DNA of 64,000 nucleotides from Lama glama (Eukaryota), in NCBI GenBank assembly GCA_028534125.1, contig CM052816.1, positions 59,026,001 through 59,090,000 of the forward strand, written 5' to 3'. Below, piece after piece: positions 12,470-24,725 of the stretch. Within the stretch, counting starts at the first letter, position 1. Each line of letters opens with the position of its first letter. The translations under genes were made by a program, and so were the position numbers. A model generated the notes under the pieces. It made no database searches, was not told where the DNA came from, and saw only the letters and a list, made by a program, of their open reading frames with translations.

Positions 12470-12793
12470 AATTTCATTTATATCAAATTTTAGATTCCAC
12501 ATATAAGTGATATCATATGATATTTGTCTTTCTCTGTCTGACTTACTTCACTTAGTATGATAATCTCTAGGTCCATCCATGTTGCTGCAAATGGCATTAT
12601 TTCATTCTTTTTTATGGCTGAGTAGTATTCCATTGTATATATAAACCACTACTTCTTTAGCCAATCATCTATCGATGGACATTTAGGTTGTTTCCATGTC
12701 TTGGCTCTTTTAAATAGTGCTGCTATGAACATTGGGGTGCATGTGTCCTTTCAAATTAGAGTTTTCTTCAGATATGTGCCCAGGAGTGGGATG
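12470..12793 (-). mobile_element. Young L1 internal fragment (ORF2 C-terminus) lacking its 3' terminus
   Basis: Closely similar to 1657-1960 (tagattccacatataagtgat...ccaggagtgggat). No T-tail or TSD is visible. Confidence 0.92.
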
Positions 12794-12819
12794 GGTTAGT
12801 GATTCATTTTTGGAAATGG

Positions 12820-13140
12820 AACTAGTACCTCCATTTAGGACTAATGCTGACTTAGATATGGAGTATATGAGAAATGGGGAATTAAAGGATGATGGCAAAA
12901 TTTTGGGCCCGAGTGGCTCTGGAATTTTGTGCTGCAATATATAGAGAAGGAGAAGGCTTGGGGCAGGGGAATAGGATGGGGAGAGGCTTGGGGTAGAAAA
13001 GCAGCAGTTCTGTGGGGAGACCTGGGCTGAGAGTTATTTGTATATGGCAGCATTTAAATTTATGGGATGTGTGGAGGTTTCTAAAGAGAGAATGTTGGAC
13101 ACAGTAGAGAGGAGGGCCAAGGGCAGAGTTCTGGGCATTC
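12820..13140 (-). mobile_element. L2 fragment
   Basis: Purine-rich L2 antisense pattern: attaaaggatgatggcaaaattttgggcccgagt...agagaggagggccaagggcagag. Confidence 0.55.
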
Positions 13141-13250
13141 TGGCTGACCTCAGGCTGGTCACTGTGTTTTTCTAGATTTCAGTGTTCTCCTAAAATGAGA
13201 GACATGGACTAGATCTCTAAGCTTCCCTGTCACCTTAACATTCTTTAGTG
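13140..13250 (+). mobile_element. MIR3-like SINE
   Basis: ttcagtgttctcctaaaatgagagacatggactagatctctaagcttccct. Confidence 0.6.
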
Positions 13251-14424
13251 CTATAACAATAACAAATCTGTAAATCATCTGCTGTTGAACTTAAAATTAT
13301 ATACGGTCAAAGTCAAACGCATTCAGAATGGCTTCCCCAACAAAACAACAGCCGTCAGTAAGGTCAGGCTCATTTGGTTTGAGAAGCTGAATATGACTAT
13401 GTTCTCTGTTCAGAGGTGGCATTTCAAGAACAGAATGACTTTGCTCATTACAAGTAACTGCTTTGTACTGAAATGGAAGGTCAAGGGGAGAATTGAACTA
13501 AGGGGCAAAGGTTGCAGAAGGGTTGGAGACCCTTCCCACCTGTTAACTTGGGGCCTGGATTGATTCATTATTTGAACGTTATTGGTGTTGCATCAAAGGA
13601 CTCTTCCCAGTGAGAACAGCTTGTACCCGACTACAGCACTCTTTGTTGATCTGGTTCCTTGGCCTGTGTTAAACAAACACCAGGGAATTAGCAGCAGATG
13701 AAGTCCAGTTCAAAGGTGTTTGTTATAAGGGGGAAGTTGCTGGTAGTATGCACGTTTACTTGCCTTTACACAGGGAAAGCTCAGGCCCTAGATTTGCTCT
13801 CTGTTAGGGCACACAGACGGCGACTGAGATGGGCCCAGAGCACAACTCGTGGGTTGGGGAGTGAGGTTGGGAAGAGCAATTAATCTTGGGACTTGTGTGA
13901 AACTAATAATACCAGGCTCTGACATTCTGCTATTACTCAGGGCGCCCAGGGCACTTCATAAACATGGAATAATTTATTCATGCCTCCAAATTTTCCCTGT
14001 CAGACAGCTCAGTGTTGGCCTTTCCTCCTCCTTCTGTGACTGGGGAAGCCTGCTGAATCACAGAGGTAAGGTACCTCCAATCCCACCACAAATTAGTTAC
14101 CAGTTACAGGATGTGAAAATCTCCACAGAAGTGTTGTCATCCACCTTGCTCAACATTTCCCAATTTAATGAAAATAGTCCCAGTTACCTAGGAGACTTGG
14201 TATAACTGTTGATAGGCTGAAAGTCTTTATGAGCTACAGAAATGTTCAGCTGTCACCCTGATTTTCCACCCTAGCTAAGGCGTACTGGAATTGTTTACAC
14301 GGCTAAGCTCAAGTCACATAGCAGGTGACTTCCTAGTGTTGGGTTAAAGATGAGATGAAAACTATAAGGCCTTTTTTTTTCGGGATTCACGTGCCCTCCA
14401 TTTCAACATGGCAGAGCCCACTGC

Positions 14425-14555
14425 TCCTCTTACGAAAAATACCTGGGACCTACCCCTGACCATTAAGTCAGACTCTCTGAGGATGGGACTTGGGTGCCCA
14501 TGGTCTTTACAGTTCCCCAGGTAATTCAACTCTGCCACCAGGGAAAACCGTAGAT
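14425..14555. mobile_element. MER5A-like hAT-Charlie MITE
   Basis: cctgggacctacccctgaccattaagtcagactctctgaggatggg...ttccccaggtaattc. Confidence 0.65.
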
Positions 14556-14589
14556 GGAGCAGAAAGGATGTGGATTCTCCACTTTGTTG

Positions 14590-14725
14590 TAGACACGTCA
14601 ATCAACTTCTCTGAACTTCGGTTTCCTTGTAAATTGAAGATAGTAATAATTACCTCATGGGGTTTTTGGGGAGATTGATCAAGTGAAATTAAGTCAAGCA
14701 AAGTACGTTAGGCTTTACTCAGAAA
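14590..14725 (+). mobile_element. MIR SINE
   Basis: aacttctctgaacttcggtttccttgtaaattgaagatagtaataattacctcatggggtt. Confidence 0.7.
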
Positions 14726-16754
14726 ACATTATCTCCCTGCTCTCCTTTGCCTCAGTTGTTGTGGAAACAGTTTCCATCTATTGTGTAACTGGGATAAGGT
14801 TTTCTTTTCTTTTTTTAAAAATAAGAGCTAAAATTGTCATATTATATTAGTTTCAGTGATTACGACAGTAAGTCTAGTTAAATAGTTTTCTATAATAAGA
14901 CAGAAATGTACTTCTAGATCTCATCGCCAGTTAAAAGACTGAAACAGGAAAGGACCAGAACTCTAGCTTTGGATTTAACTGAGATTAGTCAGTAAAGCCA
15001 AATAAGGAGTTGGTGTTGTCAGAAAGTCTGAGGCTCAGTTTCCATAAAGGCAGCTTCTTTGTTCCCAGCTCTAGTCAGGGTTCTCAAGCAGCAATTTCCA
15101 TCATCTGTCCTTCTGCCTACCAAATGTCAAGAATCTCAGGGTTGGTGAGTGTGACTGACGAAGAACAAATACTGGTTGATTGGTGGGATCCCGTTTGGTG
15201 AGACAAGAATGATCACAGGATATGTTGAGATTCTGAATTTTACAGGAGGAGCCCTGGGTAGAGAAATTGGAGAAGGTACACTTCTAAGGATCTTCCTGAG
15301 ATTAACTGATGCTCTAGCACAGTTCACTTGCTTCAGGGACTATCTGCTTTGAGAGGGACCCAGAGGGGAGCTGGGGGGTTGGAGTTCAGCAGCAATTCCT
15401 GGGTGGAGGACTGCTGTTGTCCACCCCTTCCCACCCTAAAGGGAGGGATGGGGAGCAGCAGTGGAGAGTTGATCTGCTGTATCTCATCACTCCAAGCTGC
15501 CCTTCCAGGGAAAAAGCCTGGAGACCCACTCATCCCGTTTTATGATTTTGGAAGGAGACAAGCTACAAGTACAGGGATGATGGAGGAGGCTGCTTTCAGG
15601 GTTCTATTTAGAGATCAACTCCTACATTCAAATGGAATCCTAAGCAGACTTTCAGGTGGGTGGAGCAGTTGCTCGGTTGGGCAATCTTCCTTTGGATACT
15701 GGGAACAGCTACCTAAACCTTGGTCGAGGAGTAGCAGGAGGAAATGTGAGAAGGTCTACTTTGTGAGCTTAAATAACCCCCCAGCCTCCTCTCCAGCTGG
15801 AGCAGATTAGATTTTGTGGCCCCTGTGGCATTTCCTGAGGAAATAGAATATTTTTTTCTCCCCCCAAACGACTGGTCCCTGGTTCTCTAATTTGGCAGTA
15901 AGATTTGAAAATACAGACAGACCTAAATTTCATTTTGATTGAAGCCAAACTTGGTTCCATGCCTGTTTACAATGACCTTGGATAATTTTGCTTCATTATT
16001 CAGTGTATTATTTTGTGTTGGGGGTTCTGGAAAAAATGTGACTTGCTCAAGATATTACTGAGATATGATCACTTTTCATTGTCTTTTGGGCTAGCTCCAT
16101 TTCTCATGGGGATAGAAGTGTAGAATGAGGATGGGTACGAGAGGAGAGCCTGCACTTCCACTTTTCCTTTATAAGGTGATCCAGAGTGAGCCAAGTCCCT
16201 TTTCCCCTTCTATCTGTTACCTGGGACCAGCTTCCTCTTTGGCTAAATACTCTCAGCTCACATAGCCCCATTGCCCACACCCCATGAACCCCTTGATTGA
16301 TCAGCACCATGCAGAAAAGTTAAATAACATGTTATGCTTATGTGGCAGCTCCTCTTGTCCTTGGCAGAGATTCTCCAGGAGAATATGCAGACAGGGGATG
16401 CTTCCTCAGACCCACAATCTCATTTAGTTAATAGCCTCAGCCCAGGATCTGTGCAGTCTAACACTCTTTCCTTGTAGTCATCCCTGGGAGAGTTTCTGGT
16501 TATTGTACCCTAAAAGCAATTTTGCTGTCCACATAAGAGCCCCTAATACGCTCTTCATTCCTTTAGGCTGAATGTAGACAATAGATATCAAGAAACAAAG
16601 ATGACACAAAAGCTGAATGTTTCTGGCACGTGGCTGCCTACAAACGCCTTGCGTCTCCCCACGTCCCTACTTCCCATCTCCCTTCCTGTCAATTAATCAG
16701 AATTCATCTGCTGTTCCACGATGGAGCTTGCACTGCCCACACCATTTCTTCGAC

Positions 16755-17325
16755 ATTGAATTCTTTATTCATGAAACAAACGTTTAATCCAGTGCTACCT
16801 ATGTATGGGCTACAAAGATGGAAGATTTGATTGTGTTTTAAAGAAGCCTTCAGTCTAGCAGGAATACAGACATGCAGAGCTGGTCTGTCTTACAGGGGCT
16901 GGCATGGATGTACATATTGTATGGAAATTTAGAGAAAAGTGAATATGAGTTGCCCAGGGGAGCTGAGGAAGTTTCCCAGTGGAAATTATCATGATGACTA
17001 AGGGATGATTAGGGATTTTCTAGGATAAAAGTGGAGATGGCGTTCTAGCAGAAGGAACAGCGTGTACGATGGCTTAGTGCCATGAAAGAAGATGGTAATT
17101 TCTGGGACTGGTGAGTAGTCCCACATGGCTGGAGCTGAGTTTCCATGGGCGAAATGGCTCATGGGGTGCAGCCTCTAGGCCCAGGAAGAACCTCATGGGC
17201 TTGCTTAGGAAGATTATTTGCTCCCATAAGTGATGGATGCTGTTGAGGAATTTCAAAGAGAAATGACAGGAACAGATTTTGATGTGATCTTTTAATGGTA
17301 GGATGTAGACTGAAAGGAGAACTGA
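16755..17325 (-). mobile_element. L2 3' portion
   Basis: Begins attcatgaaacaaacgtttaatccagtgctacctatgtat (reverse L2 tail). Continues with ttctagcagaaggaacagcgtgtac and gaggaatttcaaagagaaatgacaggaacagattt. Confidence 0.75.
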
Positions 17326-17344
17326 CATCCTGCTACGGCTCTTT

Positions 17345-17718
17345 GGTGGATGCTATCCTGTACCCCCGATTCTGGGCACTTGTCCCCCCAGCTCTTGGGA
17401 GTATTGCCTGCTGATGTCTCACAACTGAGTCCCTTCCAGAAAACTGGCTGAAGAGAGCTGCTTGCCCAAGACCCTGAGAGCATATAAAGGCTTAGCACCA
17501 GCTTGGGACAACTCTGGAGGGCCATCCCAGCTCCAGGGGTCCCTGTGGGCTCCACTGACAACCTTTGTTGTGACTGCTTCACAGTTCAACTCATCCTTTT
17601 GCCTAATTCTGCTTCCTTTGCAACCTCACTGGTGTTCCCAAGACCCCTACCCAGTAAGCCACCTCTGGGCAAATCTCCATCTCAGAATCTGTTTTGCAGG
17701 GAACTCAACCCTGCAACA
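17345..17718 (+). mobile_element. LTR16C-like ERV-L solo LTR
   Basis: gggacaactctggagggccatcccagctcc, catataaagg TATA, and 3' end aatctccatctcagaatctgttttgcagggaactcaaccctgcaaca. Confidence 0.8.
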
Positions 17719-18139
17719 ATCTTCCCCAATCCGGAGAGTCGGTGGCCTGCCTCTCCTCTCTTGGGTCACTCTTACCCCTAGACATACTCATGGCAGAAGA
17801 AGAGTGGTTAGAACTTTGGTGCACTGTATTTTGCAAGGTTTCCGATTCTTACTGTAAAAGAAAAGCTTTCTCCAAGCACTTTTAAAGATGGTGGAGGAAA
17901 GCAGAGGTGACCCTTCACTGACCAGCCCTTCCATCCAGTATATGGGGAGGACATATTTAGGTTCTTTGCACGTAAAAAGGGGAATCTTTGCTGCAGTGAC
18001 CAACAGGATCTATGGTTTTGTAGGATTCTGCTAGGAAATTATCATGTGGTTTATTTGCTCAGCATCTGTCTCTGCTCTTAACCAATTCAAAGATAAATCT
18101 CTGACTTAATATTTACAAAAGGACATAGAACTTGGCATT

Positions 18140-18360
18140 AAAAATAGGTAATAAATGCATATAGCACAAAAGTTCATAAAGAAAAAAAATTAAAAATATT
18201 TTTAGGATAGGTAATAAATGCATATAACAAAATATTGAAAAAGCACAGAAGTGTGAAAGGTAAGGGTGCCACTTTTTCCTTCCCCTGACCCTTTCAGTAC
18301 TTCTGGTTCTCCCCATCCCTCCCCACCAGCCCAAACAGCCACTGAGACTAGTTCCTTAGC
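18140..18360 (-). mobile_element. Old L1M(E/C) 3' end
   Basis: aggtaataaatgcatat...gaagtgtgaaaggtaag...ccaaacagccactgagactagtt resembles an antisense L1ME-type terminus. Confidence 0.55.
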
Positions 18361-18639
18361 ACTTCGTAAAGGCAAAGGGCGTATCTCTTCTGTCCTTTCT
18401 GGCGAATTGATTTCCACTGACAAGACCTCAATGTGTAAATGCTGGGAACCAGGTGTTGTACAACTGAACTGTTCTATTTCTCAGGCTGTAACTAATTTAC
18501 AGATTTTCAGCATTAGAGAGGTCGTTAACAGATGCTCACTTTGAGAAGCCTTTCCTAATTTCCCTGAGGAAATCTTTACCCACTTTGGGAGGCTAAGCCT
18601 TTGTATTTCCATCTCAAGATGTACTTTTCTTTTTTAATG

Positions 18640-18885
18640 TTAAACATAACTTTTATTTTTAAATTATAAAATAGTATTTCATATCCGGAAATGTAGATAA
18701 GCCATTCTATACCACCACCATCTGGAGAAAAATACCGATACCTCGTTGTACATACTTCTAGGACTTTCTGTGTGCGTAGGCACATTTACATATGTAGTAT
18801 TTTTAGAAAGTAACATCACACTGTAATAAGAGTTTCTCAACTTATTCTACTCTAGTATACACTGAATATCTTTCCATTTCAATAG
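18640..18885 (-). mobile_element. Old L1ME 3' end
   Basis: ttttattttaaattataaaatagtatttcat...gtacatacttctaggactttctgtgtg...gaatatctttccatttcaata. Confidence 0.55.
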
Positions 18886-18894
18886 GTCACTTCA

Positions 18895-19588
18895 ATGTTC
18901 ATCGAGATTAGAGCAAGCTGGCCACTGTTGTATAGGGACCCCATCATGCGATGGACACACACAGGGGAAGTTTATGTCTTGCTCTTGTACCAGTCCTGAA
19001 TGTGAAGGGGTTGCGACGGCAGCTTTCCTCTGAGTGGGCCATCAGGAACTCGGGCTGTCTGAGGCTCTGCTGTCTCCAACACCTGACTTCTGGGGATTGA
19101 TGATCTTGCTACCCCAAACAGCAGAAGGAGGAAAGAGCATGTGGGATCTCACACGTGCCTCACTGGAAATGGTGCATTTCATTTCCATCCACTTTTTTTT
19201 TAATTGAAGTATAGTTGATTTACAATGTTGTGTTAGTTTCTTATGTACAGCTTAGTGATTCAGTGATACATACATACATATATTCCTTTTCATATTCTTT
19301 TCTTTATAGGTTATTACAAGATATTGAATATAGCTCACTGTGCTATACAGTAGGATCTTATTGTTTATCTACTTTTTATATGGTAGTATGGATCTACAAT
19401 TCCTGAACTTCCAATTTATCCCTCCCCACCCCCTTTTACCCCTGATAACCATCAATCTACTTTTTATTGACCAGGACTCAGGAATGTGGCCACACACCTA
19501 ACTGGTAAGGAAGTTGGGAAGTATCACTAGCCGTGTCCCCAGGAAGATGTGGAGGGGTTTGGGTGAAAGGCTAGCAGTCTCTGACACA
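18895..19588 (-). mobile_element. MLT1J-like MaLR solo LTR, interrupted by a young L1
   Basis: Motifs ggaaatggtgcatttcatttccatccac | attgaccaggactcag...tggccacacacctaac, ending gctagcagtctctgacaca. Confidence 0.7.
19193..19451 (-). mobile_element. Young L1 3' UTR insertion with TSD
   Basis: T-tail then aattgaagtatagttgatttacaatg. TSD tccatccacttttt (19184) / tcaatctacttttt (19452). Confidence 0.93.
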
Positions 19589-19609
19589 CATTCATCAATG
19601 TAGCTTGTC

Positions 19610-19730
19610 TGTGGTCTCCCCTGTGCCTGAAAAGCTGAATCCATGTCTGATTCATTGCCACAACTTGTTTTACAATACTTGGCACATAGTTGCCATGGCT
19701 CTATAGATATTTGCTGAATGAATGAATGGA
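19610..19730 (+). mobile_element. L2 3' end
   Basis: acttggcacatagttg...atatttgctgaatgaatgaatg. Confidence 0.75.
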
Positions 19731-22700
19731 GTCCACCTAATTCTCTTGTCCAGGTTTAATGAGAATCTACTGCTTCTTTTAAGAGGTAAACAAGAGACAG
19801 CTCTTAGATCATGAAGAAATGTGGAGTAGAAACTTGGCATCTAAGAAGGAAAAACTCTCTTCAGAAAAAGGCAGGGGCTTAGCCTGGCCTTGGAATATAG
19901 GTGAAGGGAATGCATACTTCCTAGAAATTAAGAATTCTGAACTAAAATAGTCTGGACTTGTATTGTAAGGGAACTTGCATGATTTCTTTCCAAAGCTGGG
20001 TAAGGCAGATCTCTCTGTCACCTTTATGGGTCTGAACTGTGATCCTTGATGTTTTTGTAGTCTGGATTTTCATGACATGCTTACGTTTATAGAAAAGAGT
20101 CTTTTTGGTGTGTGATTGTTCTTGAGAACACAGGTCTGAAGGTGCACTATTGAGGGCTCACTCTGAGAGGGACGAGAGGCTCTCCAGCAAAGAAAATGCC
20201 CCCAGCCCCCAGAAGACTGACAGTGGGACTCCAGGGTGGCATCCAGAGAGCAAGCAGTGAGGACAGCTGGTATCCCGGCATTGCTGTTGGACCATAGGAT
20301 TGGGACCTTCATTGATAAAACCAGTGTCTGCTTTCCTATGCATTAGGTGATCCTGATAGTGATTCTGGGCAGCTGGTGGGGACAAGAGAGGCTCTGCCAA
20401 TTCTCCATGTGCCTTCTGTCCAGGAGAGCCTGAAAGGTTCTCGCTGTTTTGCCAACCCCCTAAGCATAGTGACTGGTGCCAAGGCAGCTGGCGAAGGAGG
20501 CTGAAGCCAGGCCCAGAATTCCCTTTTCACTCCAAGCCTGGGTTTTACTGTCATGTCAGCAGCCAGTGAGCTCGGTCCATGAGTTCCCTATTCTGGCTTG
20601 TCCAGCCCTGCTTGCCACCTTCCTTCTGGCATATCATAAGGGAATAGTTGATTTCTCATTGGGCAATCTGATCCTCCCAAAATATATACTTACTCTTAGA
20701 AATTACCTACAGATTTTGGGCCTGATTTCCTCTTCTCTGTAAGAAGGTAAGCAGGAAGAACTCCTTCCTTGGGTTCTCATGGCCAGTGGCTGTCCTGTTA
20801 TGGGGCCAAGCACACATTGGCCCTCTTCCACATTTGACCTGGTTGCGGAGTAGACCAAGGGCTTCTGGGCATCCTGAACGTTTTTGTTTTTGCAGAATTG
20901 GGCACAGCCTACTGGGACATACTGGGCACTGGAGGAAGAAGGAGAAGTAATGCTCAGTCCCCTCCTGCAGTGGCCAGAAGCTGGTGTTCAGCCAGCCAAC
21001 ATTTTGAGGCAGGCACACAGCCTTCCTTTTTGCCTCCTGCAAAGTGAAAGAGGATGATTGGGCCAGGTAATTTTATTATTGGATAGAAGTTCTGGTTATT
21101 TAATATTTTACAACTTACATGAAAATCAGCTTAACATGTTGAAGTCTACTTGCTTTTTCAGTGGAATTTTTCAATGGTGCAGCAGTTACTTTGGCTGCAA
21201 TTTTAAAAGCTTGGAACAAGTCAAGCCATGAGTATATACAGTTTCCTTTCAGTATCCCTAGTGGCACCTGTAGTTATTAAGATTTAAAGCATTTCGGCCT
21301 TCAGATCATAAAATTCCTAGAGCTAAGGGGGAGGGGGTGGAGATGAAGGGACAAAGGAGAGGAAGGGTAGGGGTAAGAGGATTCTTGTAAATGTCCTTAG
21401 CTGATAAATAGCGCTATTTTATAGGGCACTTGTCCATCTGAAAGCCTTGGAGATCTTTGTGGGATCATACTATCAATTTTCACACTGTCCCCTCTAGGAG
21501 ATAAGAAGCAAATGGCAACAGATATGAAATATGAAAGAAGAGGTGCTATCAGTTGTTTGCTACAATGTCACCTGGAAATTTTTACACCATGAGTGTGGGG
21601 CCAGGCATCCCAAGTCCTGTGAGGATGCTCAGACTGCTCACATGGCCAGGCCCCGGGTTAGGTACAGGATGAAGGCGCCATCTAGCTTTGTGATCCATTG
21701 GGGGCGAGGGGAGGGCACTGTCAAGGAGCATGAAAGATCATTTAGGGTAGCAGTAGAAGCAAGGCTCTTGGGCGGGTCCAAATGATCGCGTTAACTGCCT
21801 CCGTTTTAATTATAAAGTGATTTGTTTGGCTGTGGCTACAATTTGAGAGCCACAAAAAGCAACTGAGAGCATAAAAGTATTTACTACAAAAAAAAAAAGT
21901 CAGTAGAAAAGAAATGCAGCATTGTGGGCTGGGGAAAAGACTATCATAGCCTCTTTTCTAATCCCTCCCCCAGCACTTACTCCCCACCCAACGAATCTCA
22001 TTAGTTGGTGTATAAGGGGGAAATTGTAATTTAGTCACGGTTGAATGTATCCCATTTCCTTTTGGTATTTAGAGACTTTTTTCCCCCCATAATTATGCTT
22101 TTGTGACAAGGGAGGTGTTGGGATTCTCTGGGGTTTGGGAATATCTTTGCTTTATGTGAAAGCACCTGTCTATTCCCTCTGTGCAATGGTTTCTAATCCT
22201 GCCTAGGATGGAGAGATACAAAATGGGCTTCTAATTTCATGGTTGAAATGAGAAGAGATAATATCAGCTCAGTTCCCCACATAAAAGTTATTTCTAATAC
22301 AAATCTTCTGGAAGTGTGCCTTTGTGGCTGCGACATGGTCAGGAGGACAAGAATGTATTTGTATGTGTATGTAGTTTTCATTCATGTATACTTATGAACA
22401 GACCATAAGGAGAAATTCTCCAATAACCCAAGAATTAGTCAGGATGCTCTATGTTATCAATGTGAACACAATGGTGGTGTTTTGTAAGCAACACCTCTTG
22501 AGTCAGAATCATGGCAAGTGTCCGGTAGATCAGCCTTTAATGAGGAGCAACGTTTCTGGCACCTCTAGCAGTGGTCATTTCAAGATGATCACCCCTGTGT
22601 AGGCTCTGCACATTGATCTTTGGCATTTGCTGCGCTGTAATCTAAAAGGAGCCGAGAGAGGAGAGGGTTAAGGAAAATAAACAGGGTCTGATGCGAACAT

Positions 22701-23007
22701 CTTTCCCCCTTTTCAGCTTTTTAGAAGATAAATGTTTCAGATTTCAATCTGTGGTTCCCAGCAGCTCTTTGGGAACACTGCAGTCGGCCCACAAAAATTG
22801 CTACTGCTGAGCCAACCCTAGATAATGCCTCTCAGCAGGGATGACATAATGTGCTAAAAGAAGACGATGATGTAATGCCCATCTCAGAAATCAGAGCCAA
22901 TTTCCGTTACAAAGCCTTGGAGTGTAGCAGGAGGTAATGAGCTAGCATAAATTGTGCAGCACGGAAAACTTCTAGGTCTTATATTCTGATCTGCATGTTT
23001 AAAGGCA

Positions 23008-23062
23008 AAAAAAAAAAAAAAAAAGAAAGAAAGAAAAAGAAAAAAGAAAAAGAAATAAAATA
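23008..23062. repeat. A-rich low-complexity tract, poly(A)/(GAAA)n
   Basis: Directly visible. Confidence 0.9.
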
Positions 23063-24224
23063 GAATTCCTAGATCTGCTGGGCTTAAGAGCATCAGCTCA
23101 GCAAGAGGCTCGCCCCCTTCCAATTTGGACAGGCTGGTGCCCCCAGGCTGCCCAGATCACCTTGGCCCATGGGGGAGATAGTTGTCTGGGTCCGTCATCT
23201 ACAGCAAGGTGGTGATGTAATGTGTAATGCTAAATTTGTTTCTGCAGATAATGTTTGAGAAGCGGGCGTGGTGTTTGAAGGAGATCGTGCCTTCCCTGGC
23301 GTGTGGGGGTAACTAGGCTGGAAATGCCTAGGAGGAGGTCGGGGGATGGGGTGAGGAACTTTGAAGAAAGTCAGAATCGCCTTGAAAACTTTATTAGGTG
23401 CAATCTGCTCTGGCTTGGAAAAGTACGTGTGTGTGGGTCCCTGAAGCTCCCAGATAACCAATCTCGGCAGCAGCCTCACCTTAATTAATGATGCATTCCG
23501 ATCTCCTGGGGTGTAGTCTGCCTGGTAACCAGGGTCCAGCTCTTTGTTGTGTTTCATGCAAATGTTGAAAACAGCCATCAGTTCATCTAAGCAATGACCC
23601 AGAGTTTCAGAGAATAGGGAAAAGAAAGCACAACTTGATCTTTGATTTAAAAGGCGTTCCACTCCATTCCCAGTACACTTTTCTGTTTTGGACCATTCTT
23701 TGCTCCATTTTATTTTTAATTGCTCTGAGTGTTTGCATGAGGAATGCATTTCTGTTTTGTTTGCCGTCCATGGTTTCTGTTGCTTATCCCTCTCTGAGGG
23801 GCTGGATCCTGTATCCCACCCTGCATACCAGCAACTCCCTCTGGATGGAACGGCAGTGATTTTTGTGTCCCTTCTTGCTGCAAAGCGGGCCTTCAGTGCC
23901 ACAGACCCAGGTGGTGACAGCACTGGCAGGGAATTGCTGGCTTAAACTGAAAGCTGTGTCTTTAAATAGGGAATGAACATTGGGAGCAGATGAAATTTTT
24001 CTAGTATAAGAAAATGAGAGAAATAAAATAGAAAACGTGACACACAGGCTTGAGAAGAACTGCTCCTGTGATGTGCACGCTGAAACGGGCATTGCTTTCT
24101 AGACCTTTCTGAGAAGAACCGGCAAGTCTTTTAAGCATATTCTTCCCACCTGGAAGGACTGTCACCCTCTCACCCACTGGGGGTCATTTGCAGACTGATC
24201 ACAGGTCAGATATTACTACTGTTA

Positions 24225-24490
24225 ATGGTAATTTTTATCCAGTGTTTTGTAGTGGACAGCAGGTGCTGTCCTAAACTCCTTGTATTAATTGTCTCATTGA
24301 ATTCTTCCCAGAACCCACCCTAAGGGGTAGGTACACTGAGTATTATCACATCCATTTTACAAACGAGGAAACTGAGGCATAGAGGGTTTAAATAACTCAT
24401 GAGGTTCATAGCTATTATGTGGGCCAGCCGGCACTAGCATCCCTCCTATCCTAGGACTCTGCAGGCTGCATGCTTAACCACTCTGGGGCA
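24225..24490 (-). mobile_element. MIR SINE
   Basis: Well preserved core: tccattttacaaacgaggaaactgaggcatagagggtttaaataact. Confidence 0.9.
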
Positions 24491-24594
24491 CTAATGATCA
24501 GATGACAACGGGCGTAGGTTAAAGATGGTTCCTGTCTTCAAGGGGATGTATTCCACAGGGCACATGAATTCCTTCCATTAATATCTGCACCAAG

Positions 24595-24725
24595 CAAAGG
24601 ACTGTTGTCTTTTCTTTCTGTAGCTGCATCTCTTGGCCCCGGGCTGGGCATACACCATGCACTCACTAGGTGTTTGCTAAGGTGAGGAGGGGGGAGGCAG
24701 AAGAAAGAGTGCATGAAAGAATAAA
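24595..24725 (+). mobile_element. L2 3' end
   Basis: gggctgggcatacaccatgcactcactaggtgtttgct. Confidence 0.55.

Noticed and set aside
15328..15810. 160-aa plus-strand ORF
   Set aside because: Non-ATG start, no recognisable domain, and no convincing splice sites. Consistent with a chance ORF in GC-richer DNA.
21640..21810. Possible CpG island
   Set aside because: Too short and too few CpGs to qualify.
23195..23923. Longest real ORF (242 aa, minus strand)
   Set aside because: Non-ATG (GTG) start, no recognisable homology, and composition typical of non-coding frames. tblastn or PhyloCSF would be needed to revive it.
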